62,618 bases of DNA, taken from IMG/VR virus record IMGVR_UViG_3300025151_000036, positions 1 through 62,618 of that record, one strand, 5' to 3'. Positions within the stretch are counted from its first letter, which is position 1; every line of letters starts with the position of its first letter. The position numbers were made by a program, and so were the translations under genes. Under the pieces are notes generated by a model. The model was given only the letters and a program-made list of their open reading frames with translations. It was not told the DNA's origin and searched no databases. Shown in pieces: positions 27,401 through 36,500 of the stretch. This DNA is from a virus. Taxonomy: Duplodnaviria > Caudoviricetes.

Positions 27401-29549
27401 CTGCTGTTATTCTGGCTCTTTCGTTATCACCATTAGTTTTGAATTGTAATTCTCCGCCACTTCTAACTACATATGTATTTGTATTAAGGAAATATTTAGT
27501 TGTTGATCCTAAATTAGAAGTTATATTAGATATAGGTAATATATCATTATTTACATTGAAATCTTCTGCTAAAATTGTTCCACTTGCACTTATATTACTT
27601 GAGGCTGTTATATTGCCTATATTACTTAAATTAAGAACTGCTTCAGGGCCACTAATATCTCTTGTACCTAAAGGTAGGTATATTTCTTGTGCCTTGTTTA
27701 ATAATGTAATATTACCTTTTAATTGTATAAGAGGGGTTGTTAAATTATTTGTTGCATTTACACTTACAGCAGTTAAACTATCAATACCAGTTAGATCGCC
27801 AGATATATCAGCAGCACCATTTATGTCTAAACTAGCTCCTTTAATTACCCCACTTGCACTTATATTACCTACAACTTCTAATTTTTCTCCAGGTGATGGA
27901 GTTCCAATACCAACATTACCTGCACCTTTTATTGTAAGTCTATCTTGATTATGAGTTATAAAATTTATATCTCTTCCATCACTATCATGACCAATATCAA
28001 GACCTGTAACATCCATATTAAATGTTGTGGCATATCCTGCCGCATTATCGTTAATTAGGAATTTATAATTAGGTGTTTTATTATCGCTAGTTTTAGATAC
28101 TAATTGTAGTAAATTACTACCTGGTGAACCTGATATATGTAATTTTGCTGTCGGTGATATAATTCCTATACCAACATTACCACCATTAAACCAAGAATCA
28201 CCATTAGCAGCTAATTTTATAGCTTCTGTAGTTCCATCTTGATCATATATTTTTAAATTTGGATCGTTACCACTTGCTCCAACATAAAATCTAAATCTTT
28301 CTTCTCCATTATCTGCTCTAAATTTTACAAGTCTGTTGTTGACGGTAGTAAGAACGTCTAATCTAGCATCTGGGGTAGTAGTTCCTATACCAACAGAACC
28401 TGATTCAGATATTGCAACTAAATCACCATTATTATTTTTAAATCGATAACCTCGTATACCACTAGATAAATCAAACTCACCTCCATTACCAGTAGATCCT
28501 ATTATCAAGTTATTAGTACCTCTGAGTTTTATGTTACCATTAACATCTAATTTTTCTGTGGGTTCTGTGCCTATACCGACGTTGCCATTGTTTAAAATAG
28601 ATAATTGTGTTCTTCTTGAACCATCATCATCCATAGAACCAAGTTCAAGCACTCCTGCTTGACTTAACACAAATTTAACTTTTTGATCTGCAGAGGCATT
28701 ACTATGATTCATTATAAATTCAGCAAAACTTGTACCTTCAGTTATAGTTCTACCAAGAGTTCCAAATTTTGTATGTAAGCCAACCCCTGAAAAAGGAACT
28801 CCATTTATTGTCCCAGGGGTAGTAGTTCCGATACCAACTTGGCCACTGCTATTGACTATTACGTGTTCTTCGCCAGATGTAAGAATTTTAAATGTAGGTG
28901 TATCGACATCAACGTTGGTCCATTCATTTGATCCTGAATAACCTATGTTAAGAGAACCACCACGATCTGTTACTGGTCTTAAGTAAGCTTCACCTCTACT
29001 TATCTCTATACCATAACCTGTGTATAAACCATATTCACCATCAGTATGGTAAGCTGTTAGTTTTTGTGTTGCCGTAGAACCAGATAGTTTTATGTTTCCA
29101 GCAACTTCTAATTTTTCATCTGGTGATGGAGTTCCGATACCGATATTTCCGGTGGCGTCTATAGTCATGCTATGAGATATATCAGCATCTTCTATAGTGG
29201 TGCCTTTTGTTGAAAAATGTAATTTAGCTTTACCATTGTTACCAACACGTTCCGTGACTATTGCTGCACCTATATTACTTTCATTTGTAGAAACAGAAAA
29301 TCCTATTCCTACTCCGGCACCAGTTGTATTTTCATTATGATTAAATATAGCGGCAAGTTTAGAAACATCTGCTAACCCACTGCTTGTCATTGCATTACCG
29401 CCAGAAACTTGTAATGGAAATTCAGGTGTAGAAGTTCCTATTCCGATTTGATCAAATTCTGAAAAACTGGTTACTTGGAACGTAGATGCAGTTAACTGAT
29501 TAAGTTCTGCATTGCTTCCACTATATATTAATTTTTTCCAATTTGTCAT
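18444..29549 (-). CDS. giant tail fibre (3701 aa) with C-terminal intramolecular chaperone (peptidase S74 type)
   Basis: Many G(N/K)VGIGT.(S/T)P..KL.V repeats; three discoidin-like domains; SDKRLKTNI...GVIAQQVE...LIEAIKEL C-terminus (18444-18758). Confidence 0.85.
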   Translation of the reverse strand: MTNWKKLIYSGSNAELNQLTASTFQVTSFSEFDQIGIGTSTPEFPLQVSGGNAMTSSGLADVSKLAAIFNHNENTTGAGVGIGFSVSTNESNIGAAIVTERVGNNGKAKLHFSTKGTTIEDADISHSMTIDATGNIGIGTPSPDEKLEVAGNIKLSGSTATQKLTAYHTDGEYGLYTGYGIEISRGEAYLRPVTDRGGSLNIGYSGSNEWTNVDVDTPTFKILTSGEEHVIVNSSGQVGIGTTTPGTINGVPFSGVGLHTKFGTLGRTITEGTSFAEFIMNHSNASADQKVKFVLSQAGVLELGSMDDDGSRRTQLSILNNGNVGIGTEPTEKLDVNGNIKLRGTNNLIIGSTGNGGEFDLSSGIRGYRFKNNNGDLVAISESGSVGIGTTTPDARLDVLTTVNNRLVKFRADNGEERFRFYVGASGNDPNLKIYDQDGTTEAIKLAANGDSWFNGGNVGIGIISPTAKLHISGSPGSNLLQLVSKTSDNKTPNYKFLINDNAAGYATTFNMDVTGLDIGHDSDGRDINFITHNQDRLTIKGAGNVGIGTPSPGEKLEVVGNISASGVIKGASLDINGAADISGDLTGIDSLTAVSVNATNNLTTPLIQLKGNITLLNKAQEIYLPLGTRDISGPEAVLNLSNIGNITASSNISASGTILAEDFNVNNDILPISNITSNLGSTTKYFLNTNTYVVRSGGELQFKTNGDNERARITAAGKFGIGTTEPDAKLEVNGNIKATSFTGSLQGTASFAVSASHALVADTALNIEDALWYNGTTYITASTDVQITGSLLVSGTLNTTEDATIGGNLSIEGGSIFGLNGFGITLDQVSVLSGSTNFGSGSNPAQTNHRFTGSVFITGSKLIMDGGKVGIGTDNPQDKLDVQDGYIRVGKPAGAQFKLVPHASNHGYGFYDVNNSNYDMWFYQGKVGIGKGTATPGAKLEISSSENVTAILNSNNTFTFLDIYNDGLNRVQLGNASDGDFIIRTSDTERLRVDSTGKVGIGATSPSNLLHLYEAGNSDAQLYIHATGSAGNENAAGIKLYAHNNYSNEAFVKIDDEHFQIGTTANEHIRMFTNNTERVRILDTGEVGIGEPSPSSKLHISTTGATSAFKAYQDTYQQFELKYDETYHSTMMFGYFGELQYDGNGGYLRLSNKSNQAGSHIAFATSGSRERMRITHDGNVGIGATSPLAKLQVTAGSSGVSSVDTGTSMLVESNTTNYLRFINPDSATGGLVWTSPSDNFGAFIRWGHSAQLLEIGTANSNDSISFSTGNATEKMRLTSTGLGIGTTSPAYKLDVYGDAQITSSQATLYLNSSGNGHTHGRVVIDSTNSTRGGGVYWRDTVNTKQWFSGVGYNNDGKTWHVGYHSGSEGSGDANAAATPSAILTVEADRDKIGVGKVGIGTISPTELLELKPGSGGDSKINILNSSGVQKALIGYDNANGGLINLYNEAGTQNVVVRGYGKSYFNGGNVGIGTTEPDAKLEVNGNVKATSFTGSLQGTASFAVSASHALVADTASYAEFAANADGYIWHDATTYITSSLDTKITGSLDVSGTLSITGYADVSKSIAALESANSTANADNIDITLVPDSVKEFHRIPFVSGSGTAHEKLYVDEQFLFEPSSSTLRIQNGADDQIATVEIRGNANGTGKLYLGESDEVGGGIIFEGDNSPTRIIGSPSVEYTSLYRRNRELVEDETGGFLVVPKDYFVAGYKYNSNDFYFSGSVGIGTISPSYKLDVEISESGTVASFVSTNNKACIQIADNDTIGYVSAENGRISIGPTNGSHVSNMNILTGNSYVGIGNSSPAKKLTVTGEVSASGAIYSEDAIHIRPLSNDSTFAKLASFHGSRLVIGKKANAVFLQVASGGNELEITDAANDNTGKGNVLLRVRGTDQHDGRLMLIPDNSNHRVGIGTESPTETVDIIGNLAFNNRKILDFSNANITRGAFNPIVSSIRNSGKCLRLDTDFTDGTNGVLVYNNAGSDVVTITRFKWNLDLANPTNFDADSVNWANLLHEGNGETNLDSLGVPNSSGYVLRISYDGTGNVGTVTPGLGGFIQRYRNPNSNSTDLFVQSSNQMNHTYVQIFKALVPVGHELVHEENHQGTDKTTYWLTDRIGTGKWEWYARINHVGSSTTDTYDDAGYVYIVPSDGLVYTEPVHWFLASCTVYDVTEADAFTHRRIGVGTINPSASLEVIGDISSSANIYAQNIYVTTDISATNISASSNITASSLTLTGGANVQGDLGIGGSIFGLQGIAVTIDDLAVTSGSTNFGSGSDAAVTQHSFTGSVSITGSTFTYNGENILTEASRSWYDTGTELTSSKSIGISGSVNAYSFTGSLQGTASYAMTASYAENAQDPFPYYGGAVINGILTVDNGSGVLPIRDLTEDDVNIEEGNVVGDIIGAFDVSESIVLSVGMNPDNPHYAFDSIVGISANYLQWTTSQLDESPYLIYNLERKLGYAPILNKYYISFLNPNSSATKIKVYGFNSTGMAGITTLDPGTTEYSLAHDRTVEFDNNMPFKFIMFQFLDGYHGTDGVKIEEIILYSSETNIFGTVENATTAATAVTASHALTALTAVTASHALNAAPVFPYTGRAEFTGSIEFKTTELDLLTSVDSLFVTQSPDPSTTGMDAIYHGLGRVFDGLISTGYGISKSDITDSVTIDYNVESKLGYSPIINKFEVLFPSWTNSWWPSQHQLSGSQDGTNWTGIYRGPVDSSGYNTSPTRTFQFENHQTFNYIRYSVPKSALDTGIIVYDIKYFDAGIVTATQFVGTGSYALYAESANSASYAVSASFVTSASYAATASFVTSASYAATASYVMTASYAENAQDTFPYYGNAVINGTLTVTPDLSSTNGILPLNDLTAADIWKEEESYLGLGNDFNTGFNDDSKVLITTGDADSSEKAFDNAFPVSSATSIGQHLRWNAARMNSNPKIIYKLEKKLGYAPIPISYRIVQFDSGNNATKITVVGFDDYNTETGEYINETVLDAGDVFTTAVANHDRTITFNNAEPFNYIEFRFFDGFHGTSGVAIKEIQIHGAPYNIIGTVTNAVTASYVTNTHWHDSGQELTSSVDVGISGSLKVHTSITASALQIRPYGIDNESNLIDFSYSESFADDVASFFPILMFGGFDAFIGRRDNTAGIGTPANGILMDVSKQLKLGNVSGELKNQILIADASSGASSRIIYESTKHAFQNDSVPVLEISESKSTFYKPIIAQSHITASGNISASGHLIVSGNVGIGTPSPAAKLHVVDNTAFSSGQPSVQVVKLERDVPGGDIKATTEGHISMWASDSNNSNEWARISWVNDNSDDAGSESEGALSFWTKNGGTVTRAMYIDHDQQVGIGTTKPTKALTVTGDISASGKLFAGLSETTTHNDNIMALVYDTSTDELMYTGSYGSGGGGTPTLITAGNDIDYNSATGAVSIESTLNHVSGIYNSSLVLGRDTSDTISFVFDNEIQFVTNNTLRAKITNTAIKTAGNMTIGDNGWEPVNKLDIITSGNDGSQGIQIIRNDSNTGTDELLGGIGFDSADNDTTTIPDNILQSSAYIAAFASEAHGSSAKGGYLSIGTAPNGQDPHTTSNEVIRVNQDQHVHFADDLIAFSTTVSDKRLKTNIQLLTGSLDTICNLEGVRYDWKYRDTGPQLGVIAQQVEPHVPEVVKEMQLPLHAPAGDDSEYKTVQYEQLVPHLIEAIKELKTEVDVLKKRLNDAK
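21118..21194. repeat. 36-bp in-frame tandem repeat (ASFVTSASYAAT) x2
   Basis: Two identical units plus a partial unit. Confidence 0.9.
25006..25139. repeat. 134-bp direct repeat, copy A (copy B at 27256-27389)
   Basis: 7 mismatches by manual alignment; same reading frame. Confidence 0.85.
26986..27050. repeat. 65-bp perfect repeat shared with a different gene (30792-30856)
   Basis: Identical DNA encoding SGSTNFGSGSNPAQTNHRFTGS. Confidence 0.9.
27256..27389. repeat. 134-bp direct repeat, copy B
   Basis: Matches 25006-25139. Confidence 0.85.
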
Positions 29550-29726
29550 CTATTCAGTTATCTGTTTTTGCAATTTTACTGTTAAATCGTAAATTAATTG
29601 CAAATCTTTTCCTTGGAATGCGGAATTTGCTATCAATTTTAATACAAATTCTAATTCTGGTTTTGTTAATGCATTTGCATTTACTTTACCTTCTTTATTT
29701 TTTCTTGATTTTTGTAATATTCCCAT
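29550..29726 (-). CDS. small helical protein (~58 aa), possible fibre chaperone
   Basis: Start moved to ATG 29726, which has an AAAGGAG SD; lies between two paralogous fibre genes. Confidence 0.65.
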   Translation of the reverse strand: MGILQKSRKNKEGKVNANALTKPELEFVLKLIANSAFQGKDLQLIYDLTVKLQKQITE

Positions 29727-29740
29727 TGTAACTCCTTTTA

Positions 29741-31645
29741 TTAATCTACGTAAATCCATATATCACCGCTCCCTGTATTAACCCATATATTTCCAGATCC
29801 TTTTCCTAATCTTCCATATTCTGGTGCAGAAGTTTGACTTGGTGCTTCATTTGATATATTTGTGGTTACCATAAATGCATCTGGGGATAATGATGTAGCA
29901 TTATGGCCTAAACCTTTTTGTAATACCCAACGAAAATGAGAAGTATCAAAACCAAATGCGCTACCACTAGTAGCACCAGTTTGTACAATAATTCCACCAT
30001 CATTAGTTGTTGATCCAGATGATAACATTAAAAATGCATCTTCTACTAATAAATTTGATGTATGCAGTAATGTTGTTTCACCAGCAACTTGAAAATTACC
30101 ACCTACAAATAAATCGCCACTTGCTGTTATTGTACCATTTACCCGTAATCCACTTGCTGTTATCTCTGTTGCATCAATACTAGTAATACCAGAAATATTG
30201 TCTGCTAATCGTAAATGTATTGTATTATCGCCTTGAGATCCAGATACGGTTATCTGATTATCACTACCACTTATAGGTATTTTAGCAACAATGTTATTTG
30301 TGGCAGCTGAACTAGTTAAAACTAACGGTACGCCGTTACCTTTATCAGCAGTTACTGATCCTGTATGTATACCTAATGCTAACGTTGGTGGTAAATCTCT
30401 AAAAGATGCTGTGAAGGCATTTTCATCTCCATGTACTGTTAATACTTGTCCGTCTGTTCCAATTGGAATAATATATGGATGATTACTACCACTATACCAT
30501 GATATTATTCCTCCGGCATTCGATGCAGTTGCCAATTGATCGACACGTAATGAATGACCAGGTATATATAATCCATCTACACTTGAAGTTATTTCAGATC
30601 CTGATATATGTACATTTAATGTTATTGATGATGTAGGATTATATACACTGCCAGCTGATGCTGTTAATCCATATCCCCAAGATAAATTGTGTACATTAAA
30701 TAATGCATCTGCATCTAAATTTATAAGGTTGGTACCGTCACCGGTAAATATACCATCCTGTAAAATTAAATCACTACCAGTAATACTAACTGATCCGGTA
30801 AAACGGTGATTTGTTTGTGCAGGATTTGATCCAGAACCAAAATTAGTAGATCCGGAAATAGCTGCAATATCATCAATAACGACACCAAAGCCAGTTAATC
30901 CAAATACATTTCCACCTAATCCTAAATTACCGCCTATTTCAGCATCACCTTTTACTAGTAATGCACTAGCAGTAATAGTTCCTGATGCGGTAATATCTCC
31001 GGTAACTTCTAACCCATTGGCGTCAATATGAACGCGTCTAGTAGCTCCAGTTGTAATATTAACTTCATTTGTACCAAATCCAATTTTTGTATCTGTATCT
31101 CCTATATGAATAATTTCGCCGGCAATGTTTAAATTAGCACCAGTAATATCACCACTTGAGCTAACAGTACCAAATGCAACGTTAGAACCAGTTGTAATAT
31201 CTTGCACGGTACCTACGGTGTATACAGTTCCGGCATGAGTTACTGTTGTTTGATGTTCAACAGGTGCTACAGAAGATGTTATTGCATTTATTTTAATATA
31301 TCCTACTGTTTCTGATGATGCATCGTTGAGTGATTGTGATGTTTCTAATGTAACATTAGATCCGGAAACAAATACTAATTCATTAAGACCAGGGCGAGCA
31401 ATAAATGTATCGACTCCAAATTCACCTAAACCAGTGTGTCCAGAAACTGACATGGATTGAAATGCAGATCCAATAGTTTTTGGATCTAACCTTTCGACGC
31501 TCCCACCTCCATCAACTGTTAATATATAATTCGTTGGCTCTCCGTCCAGTAATGATGCAGTAGGTATATATATACCAGAACTAGCAGTTACTTGATTAAG
31601 TTCTGCGTTACTACCTGATACTATTACCTTTTTCCAATTTGCCAT
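29741..31645 (-). CDS. fibre-like virion protein (634 aa)
   Basis: N-terminus paralogous to the 3701-aa fibre; GDTDTKIGF, FTGDGTNL, NLLVED fibre motifs; ends GDIWIY. Confidence 0.75.
   Translation of the reverse strand: MANWKKVIVSGSNAELNQVTASSGIYIPTASLLDGEPTNYILTVDGGGSVERLDPKTIGSAFQSMSVSGHTGLGEFGVDTFIARPGLNELVFVSGSNVTLETSQSLNDASSETVGYIKINAITSSVAPVEHQTTVTHAGTVYTVGTVQDITTGSNVAFGTVSSSGDITGANLNIAGEIIHIGDTDTKIGFGTNEVNITTGATRRVHIDANGLEVTGDITASGTITASALLVKGDAEIGGNLGLGGNVFGLTGFGVVIDDIAAISGSTNFGSGSNPAQTNHRFTGSVSITGSDLILQDGIFTGDGTNLINLDADALFNVHNLSWGYGLTASAGSVYNPTSSITLNVHISGSEITSSVDGLYIPGHSLRVDQLATASNAGGIISWYSGSNHPYIIPIGTDGQVLTVHGDENAFTASFRDLPPTLALGIHTGSVTADKGNGVPLVLTSSAATNNIVAKIPISGSDNQITVSGSQGDNTIHLRLADNISGITSIDATEITASGLRVNGTITASGDLFVGGNFQVAGETTLLHTSNLLVEDAFLMLSSGSTTNDGGIIVQTGATSGSAFGFDTSHFRWVLQKGLGHNATSLSPDAFMVTTNISNEAPSQTSAPEYGRLGKGSGNIWVNTGSGDIWIYVD
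30792..30856. repeat. 65-bp perfect repeat, second copy
   Basis: Identical to 26986-27050. Confidence 0.9.
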
Positions 31646-31660
31646 TTCTATTTATCCTTA

Positions 31661-33037
31661 TTAACTAGATGTAAATGATAAACCATTCCATCTAGGAGCA
31701 GCGGTTATTAATGATGCTGTTGATTCATGAGCTGAATTAAATGGATTCGCAAAATATTTAGACCCTGTAGTAGAATTTCCTAATATTCCATCTCCAGCTA
31801 CATGTACTGTATATCCTGTAGATACACTATTTGTCTGGCCAATAAACATTGTTGAATAATATCCTCCTGATGCTGGCATTGTCAATTCTTTATTTAAAAA
31901 TAAATGTGATCCAGATGCCATACCAGTTACGTCAAATCCAGTTGCTTCTGAAGTATTATCTGGTATCATCGTACTTGGAGATATTGATCCAGATAATCCA
32001 TTTGAACCTAATAATCCACCAGAACCGGATGCCCAATATAAAGTTACTACCTTTGCAGGACGAAAACCTAAGGAAGTTCCTTGACGAAAACCTGGTAATA
32101 CTAAATGCGTAAAGTTATGAGCAAAGTCAAATGATCCGCTAGCCACTACAGTATCATAAGGAAATGTTATTATTTCGCGTGATGCTGCATACATTGCCGA
32201 TGTTGGTTCTGCAAATTGAGCGGCAAAAGTAGTTTCATTCCCATCTCCAAACACATTTGCATTTAAAATGGTACGATTATATCTAGCAGAAGATGCTAAA
32301 ATTCCGCCACTTCCGGTGTAAAAATAATGTAAAGTTTGTCCAGAATCTACGCGAGATGCTGTTTGTAATGCTGATACTTGTCCTATATAAGAGCCAGAAT
32401 TTGAACCAGATGAATATGTTCGAACAATAAATGATGATGTATACTCTGCTTGATGGAATTCATTTCCAGATACGCCATCACCATAAACAGAACTAGTATT
32501 TGCAAATGACCATGAAGCTCCAGTTGCAGTAGGCGATTGATTATTTATTGTACGATCTAAATAACCATTTTCATTTGCTATACCAGAATAATAGAAATTA
32601 CTTCCGGAAGTTATAGTATATGAACCAGTAAATGGTGTATCTTCTGATAATATCATTATTATGTTAGGTAAATCTGCAAGTTTAGTTATTACTTGAGCGC
32701 GTAATGAATTATATACTGAAGTAGACATATCTGAACCACGTCTAGCATTTGCTCCTGATATTTCTGTTAATAAGTTACGTTCTAACTTTGCTTGATAATC
32801 TGCTTTGGTCATACGTATATAACTAAACGTATCATCTAATTTAATAATTACAGGATCAGTTATACCTTGAGATGGTTGTATGTCAGATTTTTTAAATCCC
32901 CGGGACTGATTACCACGCTGTAAACGAAATGGTATACGTTGTTTACTATTAATAATACGACGACGATCTGATAGATCTGCAGATCCGGTTAAATAATCCC
33001 AACTTCGTATATCATATTTTCCTAAAAACTTTGCCAT
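31661..33037 (-). CDS. putative virion protein (458 aa), rich in SGS/TGS
   Basis: Within the fibre cluster; own class II motif. Confidence 0.7.
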   Translation of the reverse strand: MAKFLGKYDIRSWDYLTGSADLSDRRRIINSKQRIPFRLQRGNQSRGFKKSDIQPSQGITDPVIIKLDDTFSYIRMTKADYQAKLERNLLTEISGANARRGSDMSTSVYNSLRAQVITKLADLPNIIMILSEDTPFTGSYTITSGSNFYYSGIANENGYLDRTINNQSPTATGASWSFANTSSVYGDGVSGNEFHQAEYTSSFIVRTYSSGSNSGSYIGQVSALQTASRVDSGQTLHYFYTGSGGILASSARYNRTILNANVFGDGNETTFAAQFAEPTSAMYAASREIITFPYDTVVASGSFDFAHNFTHLVLPGFRQGTSLGFRPAKVVTLYWASGSGGLLGSNGLSGSISPSTMIPDNTSEATGFDVTGMASGSHLFLNKELTMPASGGYYSTMFIGQTNSVSTGYTVHVAGDGILGNSTTGSKYFANPFNSAHESTASLITAAPRWNGLSFTSS

Positions 33038-33059
33038 ATAACTAGTCTTTCTTGTTTTA

Positions 33060-33068
33060 TATAAATAT
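33060..33068 (-). promoter_or_regulatory. Class II motif ATATTTATA
   Basis: 22 nt upstream of ATG 33037. Confidence 0.65.
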
Positions 33069-33565
33069 CATGAACCTAAATAAAACTCACCTGACGCACT
33101 GTAGAACATTCCTCCTTCTACAGGTGTCGGTGTTTCGTTAAATGCCCCCAAAACTGTAACACCTTCAAGATTAATAACAAATTTATTATCCGCAGAATCT
33201 GTAGATCGTACTAAAAATAAATGATCAGATGTTGAGCTTGTCGGTGCCGTTACTACTGTAGGTCCAATAACTGATAAACTTCCGGACATAATTGCAGAAC
33301 CGGTGAATGGAAATGTTTCTGCATTATTAGCTGTAGTTAATATTGACCATGCCTGACCAGCCGCGCCAACGCCTGTTTGTGTTAAAACGTGTATGGTATT
33401 AGTATCTTTTTGATAGCATATCAATCCTTCATATTGGGCATATAATGGTATCTCTGCACGACCTGCTGCATTTTCTACAACAATCCTATTGTCAATAGGC
33501 ATATTAACTCCAACTAAAAATGGAGCTCCTAATGGTGTACCAATACTATTATTAAAATTTGACAT
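33068..33565 (-). CDS. small fibre-associated protein (165 aa)
   Basis: PIDNR...YEGLICYQKDT module plus an FPFTGS module shared with other fibres. Confidence 0.7.
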   Translation of the reverse strand: MSNFNNSIGTPLGAPFLVGVNMPIDNRIVVENAAGRAEIPLYAQYEGLICYQKDTNTIHVLTQTGVGAAGQAWSILTTANNAETFPFTGSAIMSGSLSVIGPTVVTAPTSSTSDHLFLVRSTDSADNKFVINLEGVTVLGAFNETPTPVEGGMFYSASGEFYLGS

Positions 33566-33574
33566 TACTATTCC

Positions 33575-36500
33575 TTAAAATGATATTCTATATCTAAACG
33601 TTAATCCGGTTGGGTCATTCTTTTGATATATTTTATATTTTTCATCACTGGTAGTGGTACCAGTAAATACTGATATTTCTTCATATCCTGAATCTACATT
33701 AAATATTGAACTTAAATTTCCTAACTCTGCATTATATACTATAAATATATAGTCTCCATATATTGGATCTGTAGGATTAAATACCATGGTTACGCCTTCT
33801 ATTTCAGATTTTGTTTGAAATCCTGCTTTAATAGTACCAGTCCAATTATTTAACTGTAATAATTCAGCACCGCTAGGGAGAGATGGAGATGTACTAGTTT
33901 GGTATCTTAACGATCGTACACGTTCCCATGAATCATCTACTGAACGCGTTCTGTATATTACAGGATCATTATCAGTACCAGATGTCCAATACTGTTCTAT
34001 TTTTCCAGTTTCTACATCATTTGTATTATTACCAAGAATATTTAAAGTTGTACTAACTGAATTAAAATGTACTGGAGCTGGGGTCCATCCGTTAGCTTGG
34101 CCATCGTTAATAGAAAATAAAATGGTTCCGGTTGCGCCCTCTTCAATTTCTCTTTGCGATGTACGATATGCATCTTTATCAATAGTTGGAGTCTGATATG
34201 TAATTGTCGGATTGCTTGGTAATGATTTATTTAATTGTAAATCTAATATTTCAGTCATTATATGAGTAGAATTATCTGCCAATCGTGTATATACTTTAGC
34301 TGTAAATGTATGACTACCAGAATGATATGATGCTGAATTAGAATTAATTGTAACATTTTCTCCATCACCAAATGAAGTAACAAATACCGGTGCTCCTCCG
34401 TTAGTAGACGCTGACACCTCTCCTTTTAGAAAAGTATTACCATTTAAATTATAGTTTATATTTAAAGTATAATCTTGTGTTTGTCGATTAAATCGATCTG
34501 TATTGAAAGTTGGTGATTGGAATGATGTAAAATATGGTAATGTAGGTGTACCAAATGTTATTTGTAGCACACCATTATCCGTAGTCACTGATACATCATC
34601 ACTGTAATCGTTAATTATTAATTTAGTTAAATCTATAGGCGTTCCAAACGAAGATGTAGCATATTGTGTAGTACCGCCGCTAGTTGTAGTTGTTGTCGAT
34701 GATCCTCCATAACTACTAGTAAAATAAAATCGTTTTGCATCAGAGTTATATACTACTACATTATTATCTGGATCTGATGAAAAATCAATATTATTAAATG
34801 CTCCAGATATTTCTGATGCGATTTGTGCTGATCCAGATATCAATGTATTATCTAATTCAGTTAATTCCGATTCTATTGTATTTAGTCGTGTTTGTATTGA
34901 CGAACTTACATTTGTAAATGCTCCAGATATTTCTGTGGCAATTTGAGCAGAGCCAGATATCAATGTTTTAGAAGTACTACCAGCTTCCACATCAGATAAT
35001 CTGGTTTGTAATGAATGACTGACATCAGCAAATGCTCCAGATATTTCTGTGGCAATTTGAGCAGAGCCTGATACCAATGTATTGTTTAATTCAGATTCAG
35101 TGGATGATAATCTGCTTTGTAATGAATGACTGACATCAGCAAATGCTCCAGATATTTCAGTTCTAATTTGAGCAGATCCAGAAATTAAAACATTTTCTAA
35201 TTCAGTTTCTATTGTATTTAATCGTGTTTGTATTGATGAACTTACATTTACAAATGCACCAGATATATCCGTCTCAATTTGCGTAGAACTACTTATTGCT
35301 CCTTCAAAAATTCCTTTAAATGTTTTTGCTGATACTGACCCAGAAACAGTTAATGATCCAGAAATATTCATAGATCCTGTAAATCCATGTGTACTTAAAC
35401 TGGAAGATCCGAATTGAGTAGAACCTGATCTTACAGATATGTCATCGATAAGAATACCTGCACCACTTAAACCAAATATATTACCACCTTCTACAGATAA
35501 ATTTCCACCAATTTGTATATCAGCAGTTGTACGGATACCGGATGCGGATATTTCAGTTGCATGTAATTTATTCCAACGTCTTGTAGGGGTTCCTAAACCA
35601 ACAGTTAAATCACCAGATGGAATTAGATCGCCGGCGGCTTGGATATCTTTCCCGGTACCATACTGTAAGAATAAAGATGCATTTGAACTTATATTTGAGT
35701 ATATATGACCTGATGTGCCGGTACCACCTAATGTTAAAAATCTACTACCAGAAACATGTACTGTTAATCCACTTGAATTTATATTTCCACTTGCACTTAT
35801 ATTACCAGATGCTGTTATATGATTAAACGTTTTATTAGCTGTTGTATCTTCTAGTTCTGTTACACGTGTTGAAAAAGAAGATGATGCAATTTCTACTACT
35901 GATACACGAGATTGCAATGATTCACTTGTTGGAATAAAAGCTCCAGATATTTCTGATGCGATTTGTGCTGATCCAGATATCAATGTTTTAGAAGTACTAC
36001 CAGCTTCCACATCAGATAATCTACTTTGTAATGACGAACTTACATTTGTAAATGCACCAGATATTTCTGTGGCAATTTGTGATGAACCGGATATCAATGT
36101 TTTGGTAGTAACTGCATTATTTATATTTGTTTCTACAGTAGATAATCTATCTTGTATTGAATGGCTTGTTATTACAAATGCGCCAGATATTTCTGCTGCT
36201 ATCTGAGCCGATCCAGATATCAATGATTTAGATGAAATTGCGTTATCTATATTTGTTTCTACAGTAGAAACACGTGATTGTAGTGATGCACTAACAAATG
36301 TCTGTGCACTTATTAATGATAAATGAGAAGCAAGAGTTGCAGTATTAGTTACTATACTAGACGATAGACTACCAGTCATAGTTTCGATTGCAGATAATCG
36401 TGATATAGATGTATTTATATTACTAGTGTTACTTGATATATTAGCTGCATTATCAGATATATCATCTGCATGACTTGATATATTTGATTGATTAGTAGTT

